A DNA stretch of 64,000 bases from NCBI GenBank assembly GCA_963735955.1, contig CAVTND010000008.1, forward strand, positions 15,085-79,084, given 5' to 3'. Each line of letters starts with the position of its first letter. Positions within the stretch are counted from its first letter, which is position 1. Source of the stretch: an uncultured beta proteobacterium. GTDB taxonomy: Bacteria; Pseudomonadota; Gammaproteobacteria; Burkholderiales; Burkholderiaceae_F. Below are positions 36,310 through 47,233 of this stretch, in pieces. The notes beneath the pieces were generated by a model that was not told where the DNA came from, searched no databases, and saw nothing but the letters and a program-made list of their open reading frames with translations. Made by a program: the position numbers and the translations under genes.

Positions 36310-38071
36310 AGTGCTGGGAGCCGTTGATCACTTGAAGGCAATGCCGGCGCTTTGCCGACCTTGACCTTGACACCGCCAACCAGATTCTCGAGGAGGCGGG
36401 CAAGTTTTGTGAAGAACAACTGATGCCGCTGAATCAGTTGGGCGACGCGGAGGGCTGCCATTACGACGCGTCGACCAAGGCAGTTACGGCGCCGAAGGGT
36501 TACCGGGCGGCGTTTGATGCGTTTCGGCGGCCGGGTGGCAGGGCCTGGCCGCCGACACCGAGTACGGCGGCCAGGGTCTGCCGCGCTTGTTGCAGATCGC
36601 CTTCTATGAAATGCAGTACTCGACCAACCAGGCATTTGCGATGTACCCGGGGCTGACCAACGGCGCCTCGGAGTGCCTGCGCATCTACGCATCCGAACCA
36701 CTGAAGAACCTATTCCTGCCGAAGCTTGTCTCCGGCGAGTGGACCGGCACGATGTGCCTGACGGAGGCGCACTGCGGCACGGACTTGGGCATGCTGCGCT
36801 CCAAGGCCGTGCCGCAGCCGACGGCAGCTACAAGATCAGTGGCGAGAAGATCTTCATCTCCTCAGGCGAACACGATCTCGCCGACAACATCGTGCATCTG
36901 GTGCTGGCGCGACTTCCTGATGCGCCGGCCGGCACCAAGGGCATTTCATTGTTCGTGGTGCCGAAATTCCTGCCCAAGGGCGAAGGCGCGACCGCGACGG
37001 TCGGGGCCCGCAACGCGCATCTACTGCGGCGGCATCGAGGAAAAGATGGGTATTCATGCCAACTCGACTTGCCAGATGGTGCTCGACGGCGCCACCGGCT
37101 GGCTGGTTGGCGAGGCGAATCGCGGCCTCAATGCCATGTTCGTGATGATGAACGGCGCGCGGCTCGGCGTTGGTGTGCAAGGCCTGGGCATCAGCGAGGT
37201 CGCCTATCAGAACGCCGCCGCATATGCGAAGGACCGCATCCAGGGGCGCTCGCTTTCCGGGGTGAAGGAACCTTCAAAGCCGGCCGACTCGATCATCCAT
37301 CATCCTGACGTGCGCCGCATGCTGCTGACCGCACGGGCCTATGCCGAAGGGGGCCGCGCATTCTCCTATTGGGTGGCGCTGATGGCCGACCAACTTCACC
37401 GCGGCGCGACCGAGGATGACCGGAAATTCGCCGCCGACATGATGGCGCTGATGACGCCGGTCCTGAAGGCCTTCCTGACCGATACGGGCTTCGAGTGTGC
37501 TTCGCAGTGCCTGCAGGTCTTCGGCGGCCACGGCTATGTTCGATCATGGGGTATGGAGCAGTTCGTGCGCGATGCCCGCATCAACATGATCTACGAGGGC
37601 ACCAACGGGATCCAGTCACTGGACCTGCTTGGCCGCAAGGTGCTGATGGACAACGGCGCCCGCCTGCGCAAGTTTGGAGCCATGGTGCAGGAATTCGTCG
37701 AAACCCACGGGACCACCGCCGAGATGAGCGAGTTTGTGACACCGCTCGCGGACCTCGGCGACAAGGTGACCAAGCTGACGACCGAGATCGGGATGAAGGC
37801 GTTTACCAACCAGGACGAGGCGGGAGCCGCCGCGACCGACTATCTGCGCGTGCTTGGTCACCTGATTCTGGCCTACTTCTGGGCGAGGATGGCGCAGGTC
37901 GCACTCGCGCGGATTCGCGCTGACGGTGACAAGGCGGAACCGTTTTATCGTCACAAGCTAGCCACTGCGCGCTTCTACTATCAGCGCCTGTTGCCGGAGA
38001 CGGCCTACCATATCCGCGCCGCGCGCTCGGGCGCGGGCAATTTGATGGAATTGCCCGCCGACGCGTTCTGA
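36260..38071 (+). pseudogene. Large (about 600 aa) acyl-CoA dehydrogenase, FadE-like, about 4 frame changes in the first 0.8 kb as sequenced
   Basis: MPIYKAPFRDQQFVLHEVLG... then the frame changes near 36350, 36530, 36815 and 37015. Readable pieces: [80 protein letters not shown]..., [20 protein letters not shown]. The region 37020-38071 is intact. Confidence 0.85.
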
Positions 38072-38148
38072 TCGTCAGGAACAGACTTCGCCGATCGCGC
38101 GTGGCGCGATCGAACAACCATTCACGGATCACGGACCACGAGACAAAA

Positions 38149-40591
38149 ATGAGCAACTTCGTCGTCAGGAAAGTCGCCGTGCTAGGCGCCGGTGTCATGG
38201 GCGCGCAGATCGCGGCGCATTGCGTCAACGCCAGAGTTCCGGTCGTGCTGTTCGATCTGGCCAGGGACGGGCGGAGGGCCACCCCTCGCGAAGGGTCCGG
38301 TCAAGAATGGAATCGTCCTCAGAGCAATCGAGAACCTGAAGAAGCTGAGTCCTGCGCCGCTCGGCAACAAGGACGACGCGCAGTACATCGAAGCGGGCAA
38401 CTACGACGAGCATCTCGAACTGCTCCGCGGCTGTGACCTGATCATCGAGGCCATCGCCGAGCGCATGGACTGGAAGCACGACCTGTATCGCAAGGTGGCG
38501 CCCTTTGTGCGCGCGGATGCGATCTTCGCGTCGAATACCTCGGGCCTGCCGATCGCCAAGCTGGCCGAAGCGATCGAGGGCGATTTGAAATCGCGCTTCT
38601 GCGGCGTGCATTTCTTCAATCCGCCGCGCTACATGCACCTGGTCGAACTGATCCCGACGCCGGCCACACGGCCCGCGATCCTCGACGATCTCGAGACCTT
38701 CCTGACCTCGACACTCGGCAAGGGCGTGGTGCGGGCCAAGGACACGCCGAATTTCGTCGCGAATCGCGTCGGCATCTTCGGCATGCTGGCCACGATCAAG
38801 GAAGCAGAGAAGTACGGCATCGCCTACGACGTCGTCGACGATCTGACCGGCTCCAAGCTCGGCCGCGCCAAGAGCGCGACCTTTCGCACGGCGGACGTCG
38901 TCGGGCTCGACACGATGGCGCATGTGATCAAGACCATGCAGGACACGCTGCCGGCGTCGATCGATCCCTTTGCCGCGCATTTCGCCACCCCCGCCGTGTT
39001 GAAAGCGCTGGTCGAAAAGGGCGCGCTCGGGCAGAAGGTCGGCGCGGGGTTCTATCGGAAGGACGGCAAGACAATCAAGGTGCTCGACCCGAAAAAGGCC
39101 GACTATGTCGAGTCGACCGGCAAGGCAGATGAACTGGTGGTGCGGATCCTGAAGAAGAAGGACCCGGCGGAACGACTCAAGCTGTTGCGCGAGACTGATC
39201 ATCCGCAGGCGAAGTTCCTGTGGGCGATCTTCCGCGATGCCTTCCACTACATTTCAGTGCACCTCGAAACCATCGCCGACACTGCGCGCGACATTGACTT
39301 TGCCTTGCGCTGGGGATTCGGCTGGTCGACGGGTCCGTTCGAGACCTGGCAGGCGGCCGGCTGGAAGCAGATTGCCGACTGGGTCAAGGCCGACATCGAC
39401 GCCGGTGAGGCACTCTCCAAGGCGCCGTTGCCGAAATGGGTGTTCGACGGCCCGGTGGTCAAAGCGAACGGCGTGCACACGAAGGACGGTTCGTGGTCGC
39501 CGGCGCAGAAGAAGTTTGTTGGCCGCTCGGCGCTGCCGGTTTACTCGCGCCAGATCTTCCGCGCGCCGTTGCTCGGCGAGGGCGCGCCCACCGGGCACAA
39601 CGGCGGCAAGACGATCCAAGAAGACGAATCGGTGCGTCTCTGGACACTCGACTCCGGCCTGGGCGCCGAAGTTCTGATCCTGTCGTTCAAGACCAAGGTG
39701 CATGCGATCGGCCCCGGAGTGCTGGCCGGCATCCACAAGGCGGTCGATCTGGCCGAGGTGCAGTACCGGGGGCTCGTGATCTGGTCGCCGGATGAGCCGT
39801 TTTCGGTGGGCGCCGACCTGCAGTCGATGATGCCGGTATTCATGTCGGGTGGTGCCAAGGCGATCGGTCCGGAAATCGGCAAGTTCCAGCAGGCGATGAT
39901 GCGGCTCAAGTACTCGACGGTGCCAACCGTAGCCGCAGTCAGCGGCATGGCGCTCGGTGGCGGCTGCGAAACGGCGCTGCATTGCGCGAAGCGCGTGGCC
40001 AATCTCGAGAGCTACATCGGCCTGGTCGAAGTCGGCGTGGGGCTGATCCCGGGCGGTGGCGGACTCAAGGAAGGCGCGCTGCGCGGGGCGCAGGCCGCAC
40101 AGGCTTCGGGCCAGACCGATGTCTTTCCGTTCATCCGCAGCTGGTTCATGAACGCGGCGACGGCGAATGTTTCGAAATCAGCGCTCGAGGCGCGCGCGAT
40201 GGGTTACCTGCTGGCCACGGACGCCATCGTCTTCAACAGTCATGAGTTGCTGTGGACCGCAATCGGCACCGCCTTTGCGATGCACGCAACCGGCTACCGA
40301 CCGCCGCTGAAGGTCAAGGCCTTCCCGGTTGCCGGCCGCGCCGGCGTGGCGACAATCAAGGGCCAGCTGGTCAATATGCGCGACGGCGGTTTCATCAGCC
40401 AGCATGACTTCTTTGTCTCGAGCTGCATCGCCGAGGCCATGTGCGGCGGCGACATCGAAGCGGGCTCGATGGTCGACGAGCAATGGATTCTCGACCTCGA
40501 GCGCAAGTTCTTTGTGCAACTGGTCGGTAATCCGAAGTCGCAGGAACGGATGATGGGTATGTTGAACACCGGAAAACCGGTCAGGAACTGA
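38149..40591 (+). pseudogene. fadB: Bifunctional 3-hydroxyacyl-CoA dehydrogenase / enoyl-CoA hydratase (N-terminal dehydrogenase, FadB'-type), one frame change near 38270 as sequenced
   Basis: MSNFVVRKVAVLGAGVMGAQIAAH (Rossmann fold) is in one frame. The remainder, from PLAKGPVKNGIVLRAIENLKKL... to the end, is in the 38192 frame. The C-terminal crotonase fold contains SVGADL...AAVSGMALGGGCE. Confidence 0.85.
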
Positions 40592-40688
40592 CCGGCTTTC
40601 CGGTTTCACCGGATTGTGTGGACGCAAGAGGGGTCTGCCAGCCCCTCTTGGAACTCCCCGGCAAATGAGTGAGACGTTGGAGCCAAGA

Positions 40689-41888
40689 ATGACTCGACAA
40701 GTACAGGATGCCTACATCGTTGCCGCTACGCGCACGCCGATCGGCAAAGCGCCGAAGGGCAGTTTCAAGAACATGCGGCCGGATGATCTTCTGGTCGCGG
40801 CGATCCGCAATGCCATGGCGCAGGTGCCGAACCTCGACCCAAAGGCGGTCGAAGACGCCATCATCGGCTGCGCAATGCCCGAAGCCGAGCAGGGACTGAA
40901 CGTGGCGCGGGTCGCGGTACTGCTGGCGGGCCTGCCCAACAGCACCGGCGGCGTGACGATAAACCGCTTCTGTTCGTCGGGACTGAACGCGGTCGCGATG
41001 GCGGCCGACCGGATCCGAGTCGGTGAGGCCGATGTGATGATCGCCGGTGGCGCGGAATCGATGAGCATGGTGCCGATGTCCGGCAACAAGCCTTCGCTGA
41101 ATGCGCACATCTTTGAGCGCGACGAAAACATCGGCATCGCGTATGGCATGGGGATCACGGCGGAAAAGGTCGCGGCCCAGTGGAAGGTCACGCGCGAGAT
41201 GCAGGACGAGTTCGCCTTTCAGTCGCATCAGAAAGCGATTGCCGGTCAGAAAGCCGGCGGGTTCAAGGACGAGATCACGCCGATCGAGGTGATCGAAAAA
41301 CTTCCCAACCTTGTGTCGCACGAGATCGATGTCAAGAAACGCAAGGTCGAGCTTGACGAGGGCCCGCGCGCAGACACCAGCGTCGAGGCGCTGGCCAAGC
41401 TGCGCCCGGTGTTCGCTGCGCGCGGCCGCGTGACCGCCGGCAACAGTTCGCAGACCTCGGACGGTGCAGGCGCGCTGATCCTGGTCAGTGAAAAAGCACT
41501 CAAGCAGTTCAATCTGACGCCCCTGGCACGCTTTGTTTCGTTTGCTATCCGCGGCGTGCCGCCAGAGATCATGGGGATCGGGCCGAAGGAAGCGATACCG
41601 GTTGCGCTGCGGCTTGCTGGCCTCAAGCAGGATGACATGGACTGGATCGAGCTCAACGAAGCCTTCGCGGCACAGGCGCTCGCCGTCATCGGCGATCTCG
41701 GGCTCGACCGCAGCAAGGTCAACCCGATGGGCGGTGCGATCGCGCTTGGGCACCCGCTCGGCGCCACCGGCGCGATCCGCTCGGCCACGGTCGTGCATGC
41801 GCTACGCCGCAAGCAACTGAAGTACGGCATGGTGACGATGTGCGTCGGCACCGGGATGGGTGCCGCGGGAATCTTCGAACGGGTCTAG
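40689..41888 (+). CDS. fadA: Acetyl-CoA C-acyltransferase (thiolase)
   Basis: DAYIVAATRTPIGKA, NRFCSSGLNA (active-site Cys), NEAFAAQ, GGAIALGHPLGATG, MCVGTGMG. Confidence 0.9.
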   Translation: MTRQVQDAYIVAATRTPIGKAPKGSFKNMRPDDLLVAAIRNAMAQVPNLDPKAVEDAIIGCAMPEAEQGLNVARVAVLLAGLPNSTGGVTINRFCSSGLNAVAMAADRIRVGEADVMIAGGAESMSMVPMSGNKPSLNAHIFERDENIGIAYGMGITAEKVAAQWKVTREMQDEFAFQSHQKAIAGQKAGGFKDEITPIEVIEKLPNLVSHEIDVKKRKVELDEGPRADTSVEALAKLRPVFAARGRVTAGNSSQTSDGAGALILVSEKALKQFNLTPLARFVSFAIRGVPPEIMGIGPKEAIPVALRLAGLKQDDMDWIELNEAFAAQALAVIGDLGLDRSKVNPMGGAIALGHPLGATGAIRSATVVHALRRKQLKYGMVTMCVGTGMGAAGIFERV

Positions 41889-42043
41889 GGGGAAAACCAT
41901 CCTCCGCACCAGACGCGGCGTGTCAGAGGGAGCACCACGGCTTGAAAGGAAAGGGTGTCAAGCGGCCGTTCGCTTGACGGCGGAATGGGAACGATCGCAA
42001 CGGTCGCGATCGTCCTGGTTGAAGTCTTGGACTGGGATCTGAC

Positions 42044-42910
42044 TTGGCGGCAGTCACCATCACGACCAGCGATGGCTACACGCTAGCCGCGACAACGTTT
42101 GGCGCTGCAGCGGATGCGCGCGCAGGCGTACTGATTGTTTCGGCGATGGGCGTGGACCAGGCCTACTACGCAGAGTTTGCCGAATGGCTGGCAGCACGCG
42201 GCTATTTTGTCGTGACATTCGACTTTCGTGGCATCGGCGCCTCACGGCAAGGTCCTCTACGAACGCTTGACGCCGATGTCTCGACCTGGGCCACGCGTGA
42301 TGCAGCCGCGCTGGTCGACTTTCTCGCCGGGAGGATCGGCAATCGTCCCTTGCTCTGGATCGGTCATTCGCTGGGTGGCCAGATCCTCGGCCTGCTGCCC
42401 AATCGTTCGCGCGTCGATGCGGTGTTGAATGTCGCGAGCGGCGCCGCCTACTGGCGCGAGGGCACGCCGTCGCTGCGTCGCCTCATGGGCGCGCTGTGGT
42501 ACTTCATTGTTCCGATGCCGCTGACCTTGTTCGGATACTTTCCGGGGCGGCGGCTGGGGATGCTCGGCGACATTCCTGCTGGCGTCCTCAAGCAATGGCG
42601 CCGCTGGTGCCTGAACCGGGAGTACCTGATCGGCGTCGAGGGCGAAGCGGTGCGTTCCCAGTACGCCGCGCTACGTCTGCCGATGCTCTCGCTGTCGTTC
42701 ACCGATGACACCTACATGTCGATTCGCAACTCCGAGTTGCTGCACCGGTTCTTTCCCCTTGCGCGAGCCGAATTGCGCGTAATTGCGCCGCGCGACGTCG
42801 GCGCCGATGAGATCGGACACTTCGGCTTCTTCCGTCGTAAGCTCGGCGCACTGCTGTGGCCGCAGGCAGGCGACTGGCTCGATGCGCTGCCGGCCGGAAG
42901 GGACGTGTAA
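42044..42910 (+). CDS. Alpha/beta hydrolase
   Basis: GHSLGG nucleophile elbow. About 288 aa. TTG start. Its stop overlaps the next start (TAATG). Confidence 0.7.
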   Translation: MAAVTITTSDGYTLAATTFGAAADARAGVLIVSAMGVDQAYYAEFAEWLAARGYFVVTFDFRGIGASRQGPLRTLDADVSTWATRDAAALVDFLAGRIGNRPLLWIGHSLGGQILGLLPNRSRVDAVLNVASGAAYWREGTPSLRRLMGALWYFIVPMPLTLFGYFPGRRLGMLGDIPAGVLKQWRRWCLNREYLIGVEGEAVRSQYAALRLPMLSLSFTDDTYMSIRNSELLHRFFPLARAELRVIAPRDVGADEIGHFGFFRRKLGALLWPQAGDWLDALPAGRDV

Positions 42911-43389
42911 TGGGGGTCGCCTCGCGGTTCTACGAAGCATTCATGGTGCGCGACTGGTACACCATGGGCATCCTCTATGCCAATCACGCAGTGTTCAGCG
43001 ACCCGGTCTTCCCGCGCCTGTCGGCGCAGGGCGCGCGCCTGATGTGGCAGATGCTGCTCACCGAAGCCGAGGATCTTTCCGTGGACGTCGAGCTGCTCGA
43101 GGATGCGCCCGACCGTGCGCGGGCGCGCTGGGTCGCCCGCTATACCTTCACACCGACCAAGCGCCGGGTGACCAACAGCGTGCACACGGAAATGCGGCTG
43201 GTGGCCGGCAAGATCGTGCAGCAGGTCGATACCTTCAGCTTCTGGCGCTGGGCCGGCCAGGCTCTCGGGCCCAAGGGCTGGATGCTCGGCTGGACGCCGA
43301 TGGTGCGCACCAAGGTGCAGGCCAAGGCCGCCGAATCGCTGAAAGAATTCGCCCAGTTCGTGGCATTGACCAGCAGGGAGCAACCGTGA
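42910..43389 (+). CDS. SnoaL-like / NTF2-fold protein
   Basis: 159 aa counted from the ATG at 42910. FYEAF...DW..M..LY...A.FSDPVF is typical of ketosteroid-isomerase-like proteins. Coupled on both sides. Confidence 0.55.
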   Translation: MGVASRFYEAFMVRDWYTMGILYANHAVFSDPVFPRLSAQGARLMWQMLLTEAEDLSVDVELLEDAPDRARARWVARYTFTPTKRRVTNSVHTEMRLVAGKIVQQVDTFSFWRWAGQALGPKGWMLGWTPMVRTKVQAKAAESLKEFAQFVALTSREQP

Positions 43390-44150
43390 GCATCACGACC
43401 GCAATCACGAATGGCGTCGCGCGGATCGGCATTGCGCGGCCCGAAAAAAAGAACGCGATCACGGTGGCGATGTATCAGGCCATGGCCGATGCGATCGCCG
43501 CCGCCCACGACGATCGTGCTGTGCGTTCGATCCTGATTCACGGCGAGCGCGAGATTTTCACTGCAGGCAACGATCTCGAGGACTTCATGAAGAACCCGCC
43601 GGCCGGCCTCGACGCCCCGGTGTTCAAGTTCATCCAGGCGCTGGGGTTTGCCGAAAAACCAGTGGTTGCAGCCGTCAATGGAGCGGCCGTCGGAATCGGC
43701 ACCACGATGCTGCTGCACTGTGATCTCGCCTACTGCGCCGACAACGCGATGTTCTCGATGCCATTCGTCTCGCTCGGCCTGTGCCCGGAATTCGCCTCGA
43801 GCCTCCTGGTTCCACTCATCGCGGGCTACCACAAGGCAGCGGAGAAGCTGATGCTGGCCGAGCCGTTCAGCGCGGAAGAGGCGCTCGAGATGAAAATCGT
43901 CAATCGCATCCTGCCGCCGGGTGAGGTGTTCGACTACGCAGTGCGCCAGTCTGAACGCTTCAATGCGCTACCGCCGGCGTCGGTGCGCGAGACCAAGCGC
44001 CTGATGAAATCGGCCTGGAAGTCAGTCTGCGAGAAGCTGATTGTCGACGAGGCCCAGACCTTCGGCCGCATGTTGAAAGGCGCCGAGGCGAAGGAAGCGT
44101 TCAGTGCGTTCTACGAGCGACGCAAGCCCGACTTTTCCAAGTTCGCCTGA
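43386..44150 (+). CDS. Enoyl-CoA hydratase/isomerase family protein
   Basis: ITNGVARIGIARPEKKNAIT, FTAGNDLEDF, AAVNGAAVGIGTTMLLHCDL. GTG start overlaps the upstream stop (GTGA). Confidence 0.85.
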   Translation: MSITTAITNGVARIGIARPEKKNAITVAMYQAMADAIAAAHDDRAVRSILIHGEREIFTAGNDLEDFMKNPPAGLDAPVFKFIQALGFAEKPVVAAVNGAAVGIGTTMLLHCDLAYCADNAMFSMPFVSLGLCPEFASSLLVPLIAGYHKAAEKLMLAEPFSAEEALEMKIVNRILPPGEVFDYAVRQSERFNALPPASVRETKRLMKSAWKSVCEKLIVDEAQTFGRMLKGAEAKEAFSAFYERRKPDFSKFA

Positions 44151-44187
44151 GCGCCGCCGTCGCACCGCGCCCCAACTCGATCGACCG

Positions 44188-45078
44188 ATGCATCCCGCTT
44201 TGCAGGCCTGGCGTGACGCCGGCCACGAGTTCAGTCATGACGGGCGGCGCTACTTTTGTCGCGTCGAAGGCGCCGGCCCCGAGCTGCTGCTGATCCACGG
44301 GTTTCCAACCTCATCGTGGGATTGGCATGCAATCTGGCCGGCGCTCGTTGCGCGCTATCGGGTGCTGGCGCCTGATTTGCTCGGATTCGGCTTTTCGGAC
44401 AAACCGCGCGGCGATTTCTATCGGATCGGTGCGCAGGCCGACGCCTGTGAAGCGCTGCTCGCGTTGCATGGAGTCAAGCAGGCCTTTGTGCTGGCACATG
44501 ACTACGGCGTCAGCGTGGCGCAGGAACTGCTTGCGCGGCAGCGCGAGGGCGCAGCCTGGCGGATGCGGGCGCTGGCGCTCTTAAATGGCGGCCTGTTCCC
44601 ACAGATGCATCGACCGATCCTGATGCAGCGCCTGCTGCTGTCGCCGCTGGGTCCGCTGATTGCGCGCCTGTTCAACGAGCGCGGCTTCAGGCGCAGCTTC
44701 GCCAGCGTGTTCGGTCCGCAAACCCGGCCCGGGGACGACGACTTGCGCGCGCTCTGGGAACTGATGACTTACAACGCGGGCCATCGCATTGCTCACTGGC
44801 AGATTCGCTATATCCCGGAGCGCGTCGCAAATCAGGCACGCTGGGTTGGTGCCTTGACTGAAACCAGGGTTCCGCTGCGCCTGATCAATGGTCCGGCGGA
44901 TCCGGTGTCCGGAGCACACATGGCGCAGCACTATGCGCGCGTGGTGCCCAACGCTGATGTCGTTTCCCTGCCCGGCATCGGGCACTATCCACAGGTGGAG
45001 GCACCGGCGGCGGTGCAATCCTCAATGCTTGGCTTTTTCGACCGGGTGACGGCCGCCGAGCAGGAAACCGCCGCCTGA
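44188..45078 (+). CDS. Alpha/beta hydrolase (epoxide hydrolase/haloalkane dehalogenase-like)
   Basis: LLLIHGFPTSSWDW, then HDYGVSVAQE (Asp nucleophile type) and a C-terminal GHYPQVE. Confidence 0.75.
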   Translation: MHPALQAWRDAGHEFSHDGRRYFCRVEGAGPELLLIHGFPTSSWDWHAIWPALVARYRVLAPDLLGFGFSDKPRGDFYRIGAQADACEALLALHGVKQAFVLAHDYGVSVAQELLARQREGAAWRMRALALLNGGLFPQMHRPILMQRLLLSPLGPLIARLFNERGFRRSFASVFGPQTRPGDDDLRALWELMTYNAGHRIAHWQIRYIPERVANQARWVGALTETRVPLRLINGPADPVSGAHMAQHYARVVPNADVVSLPGIGHYPQVEAPAAVQSSMLGFFDRVTAAEQETAA

Positions 45079-45102
45079 GGAAGCCAGCCAAGGAGGCCCA
45101 CC

Positions 45103-45534
45103 ATGCCACTGCGTCCCGGAATAACGCTCGAAAAGCTGAACAGCCGATCTGCCGACAACCTGCCAGGTTGGTTCGGGGTGAAGGTGCTTGCGCTTGCCGA
45201 GGGCACTCTGACGATGGAGTATGTGATCCGGCCGCAGTTTCTCGCGCCCAATGGATTTCTGCATGCCGCTTCAGTCATTGCACTCGCCGACACCGGTGCC
45301 GGCTATGCAACGGTCTCGCATCTGCCCGAGGGGGCTATCAACTTCACTACGATCGAGTTGAAGTCGAATTTTCTTGGCACCGCCACGGAAGGGCGGCTGC
45401 GCGCAGACGTGCGTGCCGCGCATCTCGGCAGGACCACGCAGGTATGGGATTCGACGGTCGTACATCCTGATAGTGGACGCACGATCGCGCTGTTCCGCTG
45501 TTCCCAGCTTATTCTCTGGCCGAAGTCGAAGTGA
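45103..45534 (+). CDS. PaaI-family hotdog-fold thioesterase
   Basis: 143 aa. NG.LHAASVIALADTGAGYA and the GRTTQVWD motif. Confidence 0.75.
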   Translation: MPLRPGITLEKLNSRSADNLPGWFGVKVLALAEGTLTMEYVIRPQFLAPNGFLHAASVIALADTGAGYATVSHLPEGAINFTTIELKSNFLGTATEGRLRADVRAAHLGRTTQVWDSTVVHPDSGRTIALFRCSQLILWPKSK

Positions 45535-45544
45535 ATACGATCAG

Positions 45545-46300
45545 ATGATTCATCTCGCCGCCCAGGCAATTCTTGCGCCGGTGCTGCTGCTGCAGGCCGG
45601 GCACGTGCGCCGTACGACCATTGAGCTGCCGGAACCGGACGGACCGCGCGAAGGCAAGACCGGCCGCGGCGCGCCGCGGCTCAGGGTGCTGGTGGCTGGT
45701 GACTCGAGCGCCGCCGGGGTCGGTGCCTCGACCCAGGACGAGGCGCTGGCGGCTCAGCTTGCGCGCGAGCTCGCGTGCCGCGTCAATGGCATTGTCAAAT
45801 GGCAACTGGTGGCACGTACCGGCGCGCGGTCGGAGGATGTTCGCAAGTTGCTGGCGGAGGCGCGCCTGCGGGCAGCGGACGTCGGCATCGTGGTGACCGG
45901 CGTCAACGACATCACGAAGCAGGTGCCGCTGGCGGCGGCGCTGCAGCGGCGCGGCGAGATCGCAGGCGTGATGCGCAAGCGAGCGGGCGTGCGGCATGTT
46001 CTGTTTCTGGCGGCGCCACCGATGGAACGATTCCCCGCCTTGCCGCAGCCGCTGGCCTGGATTGCAGGCGCACACGCGGCACGCAGCAATCGCGCCCAGG
46101 CTGACTGGGCCACGCGACAGTCGGATATCAGCCATGTACCGTTGGATGGGCTGATGGACACCTCGCTAATGGCGAGAGATGGTTTCCACCCCGGGCCAGG
46201 ACTCTATGCGCTGATCGCCAGGCAAGTGGCAGAGCATTTCCAGCGCGAGGTCTGGCCACGCATTCAACGCAATCGTTCTCATCGACTGGAAGGCAAATGA
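45545..46300 (+). CDS. SGNH/GDSL hydrolase family protein
   Basis: VLVAGDSSAAGVGA (block I), GVNDIT (block III), DGFHPG (block V). Start taken at the internal ATG 45545. Confidence 0.7.
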   Translation: MIHLAAQAILAPVLLLQAGHVRRTTIELPEPDGPREGKTGRGAPRLRVLVAGDSSAAGVGASTQDEALAAQLARELACRVNGIVKWQLVARTGARSEDVRKLLAEARLRAADVGIVVTGVNDITKQVPLAAALQRRGEIAGVMRKRAGVRHVLFLAAPPMERFPALPQPLAWIAGAHAARSNRAQADWATRQSDISHVPLDGLMDTSLMARDGFHPGPGLYALIARQVAEHFQREVWPRIQRNRSHRLEGK

Positions 46301-47124
46301 ACCTCAAGGGCAAGACCATATTCATTTCGGGCGCTTCGCGCGGCATTGGCCTGGCGATCGTCAAGCGGGCGGCGGCCGACGGCGCCAACGTCGCGATTGC
46401 AGCCAAGACGGCAGACCCCAACCCCAAGTTGCCGGGAACGATCTACAGCGCAGCGAAGGAGATCGAAGCCGCCGGTGGGCGCGCACTGCCGATCCAGTGC
46501 GACATCCGCGAAGAACAGCAGGTCATCGAAGCCGCCCGGAAAGCGGCCGAAGCATTCGGCGGGATCGACATCCTGATCAACAATGCCAGCGCCATCAATC
46601 TGACGCCGACCGACGCCACTCCGATCAAGCGCTTCGATCTGATGTTCGGCGTCAATGTGCGCGGGACGTTTCTGTGCACACAGGCCTGCCTGCCCTACCT
46701 GAAGACCTCGGCCGCAGCTAAGCGCAATCCGCATGTGCTGACCCTGTCGCCGCCGCTCAATATGGACGCGCGCTGGTTTGCGCCGCATGTCGCCTACACG
46801 ATGGCCAAGTACGGCATGAGCATGTGCGTACTCGGCCACGCTGAGGAGTTCAAGCGGCATGGCATTGCAGTCAACGCGCTGTGGCCGCGTACCGTGATCC
46901 AGACCGCTGCTCTGGCGATGATTCCCGGCGTAAAGCCCGAGCATTGCCGCACGCCGGACATCATGGCCGATGCCGCCTACGCGGTACTGACTTCCGACGC
47001 GAGCACGACGACCGGAAACTTCTTCATCGACGATGAGGTACTGGCACGCGCCGGCGTGACCGATCTTGGCAAGTACTCGGTCGTGGCTGGCAGCAAGCAA
47101 CTCCTGCCGGACTTGTTCATTTAA
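46297..47124 (+). CDS. SDR family oxidoreductase (HSDL2-like)
   Basis: TIFISGASRGIGLA, NNASA, YTMAKYGMS (YxxxK). ATGA overlap with the upstream gene. Confidence 0.85.
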   Translation: MNLKGKTIFISGASRGIGLAIVKRAAADGANVAIAAKTADPNPKLPGTIYSAAKEIEAAGGRALPIQCDIREEQQVIEAARKAAEAFGGIDILINNASAINLTPTDATPIKRFDLMFGVNVRGTFLCTQACLPYLKTSAAAKRNPHVLTLSPPLNMDARWFAPHVAYTMAKYGMSMCVLGHAEEFKRHGIAVNALWPRTVIQTAALAMIPGVKPEHCRTPDIMADAAYAVLTSDASTTTGNFFIDDEVLARAGVTDLGKYSVVAGSKQLLPDLFI

Positions 47125-47233
47125 GACTTGATTGCGGCGATCAGGTGCCGGCTACCGGGGCATTTCGGGCATTCCGGCGCGATCCAGCGAGACGGCGTTG
47201 CGCTAGAGTCAATATGGACAACCCAGTGCTGCC

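Noticed and set aside
40581-41798. Very long antisense or alternate-frame ORFs. Examples: 40581-41798 (-), 5424-6257 (-), 19525-20508 (-), 38225-39247 (-), 48609-50087 (-), 50901-51941 (-), 54027-55169 (-), 58882-60402 (-), 16476-17621 (+), 18483-19475 (+).
   Set aside because: They lie opposite, or out of frame to, genes with clear family motifs. They are Arg/Ala/Pro/Gly-rich and lack start context. These are typical stop-codon-poor shadow ORFs of GC-rich DNA.
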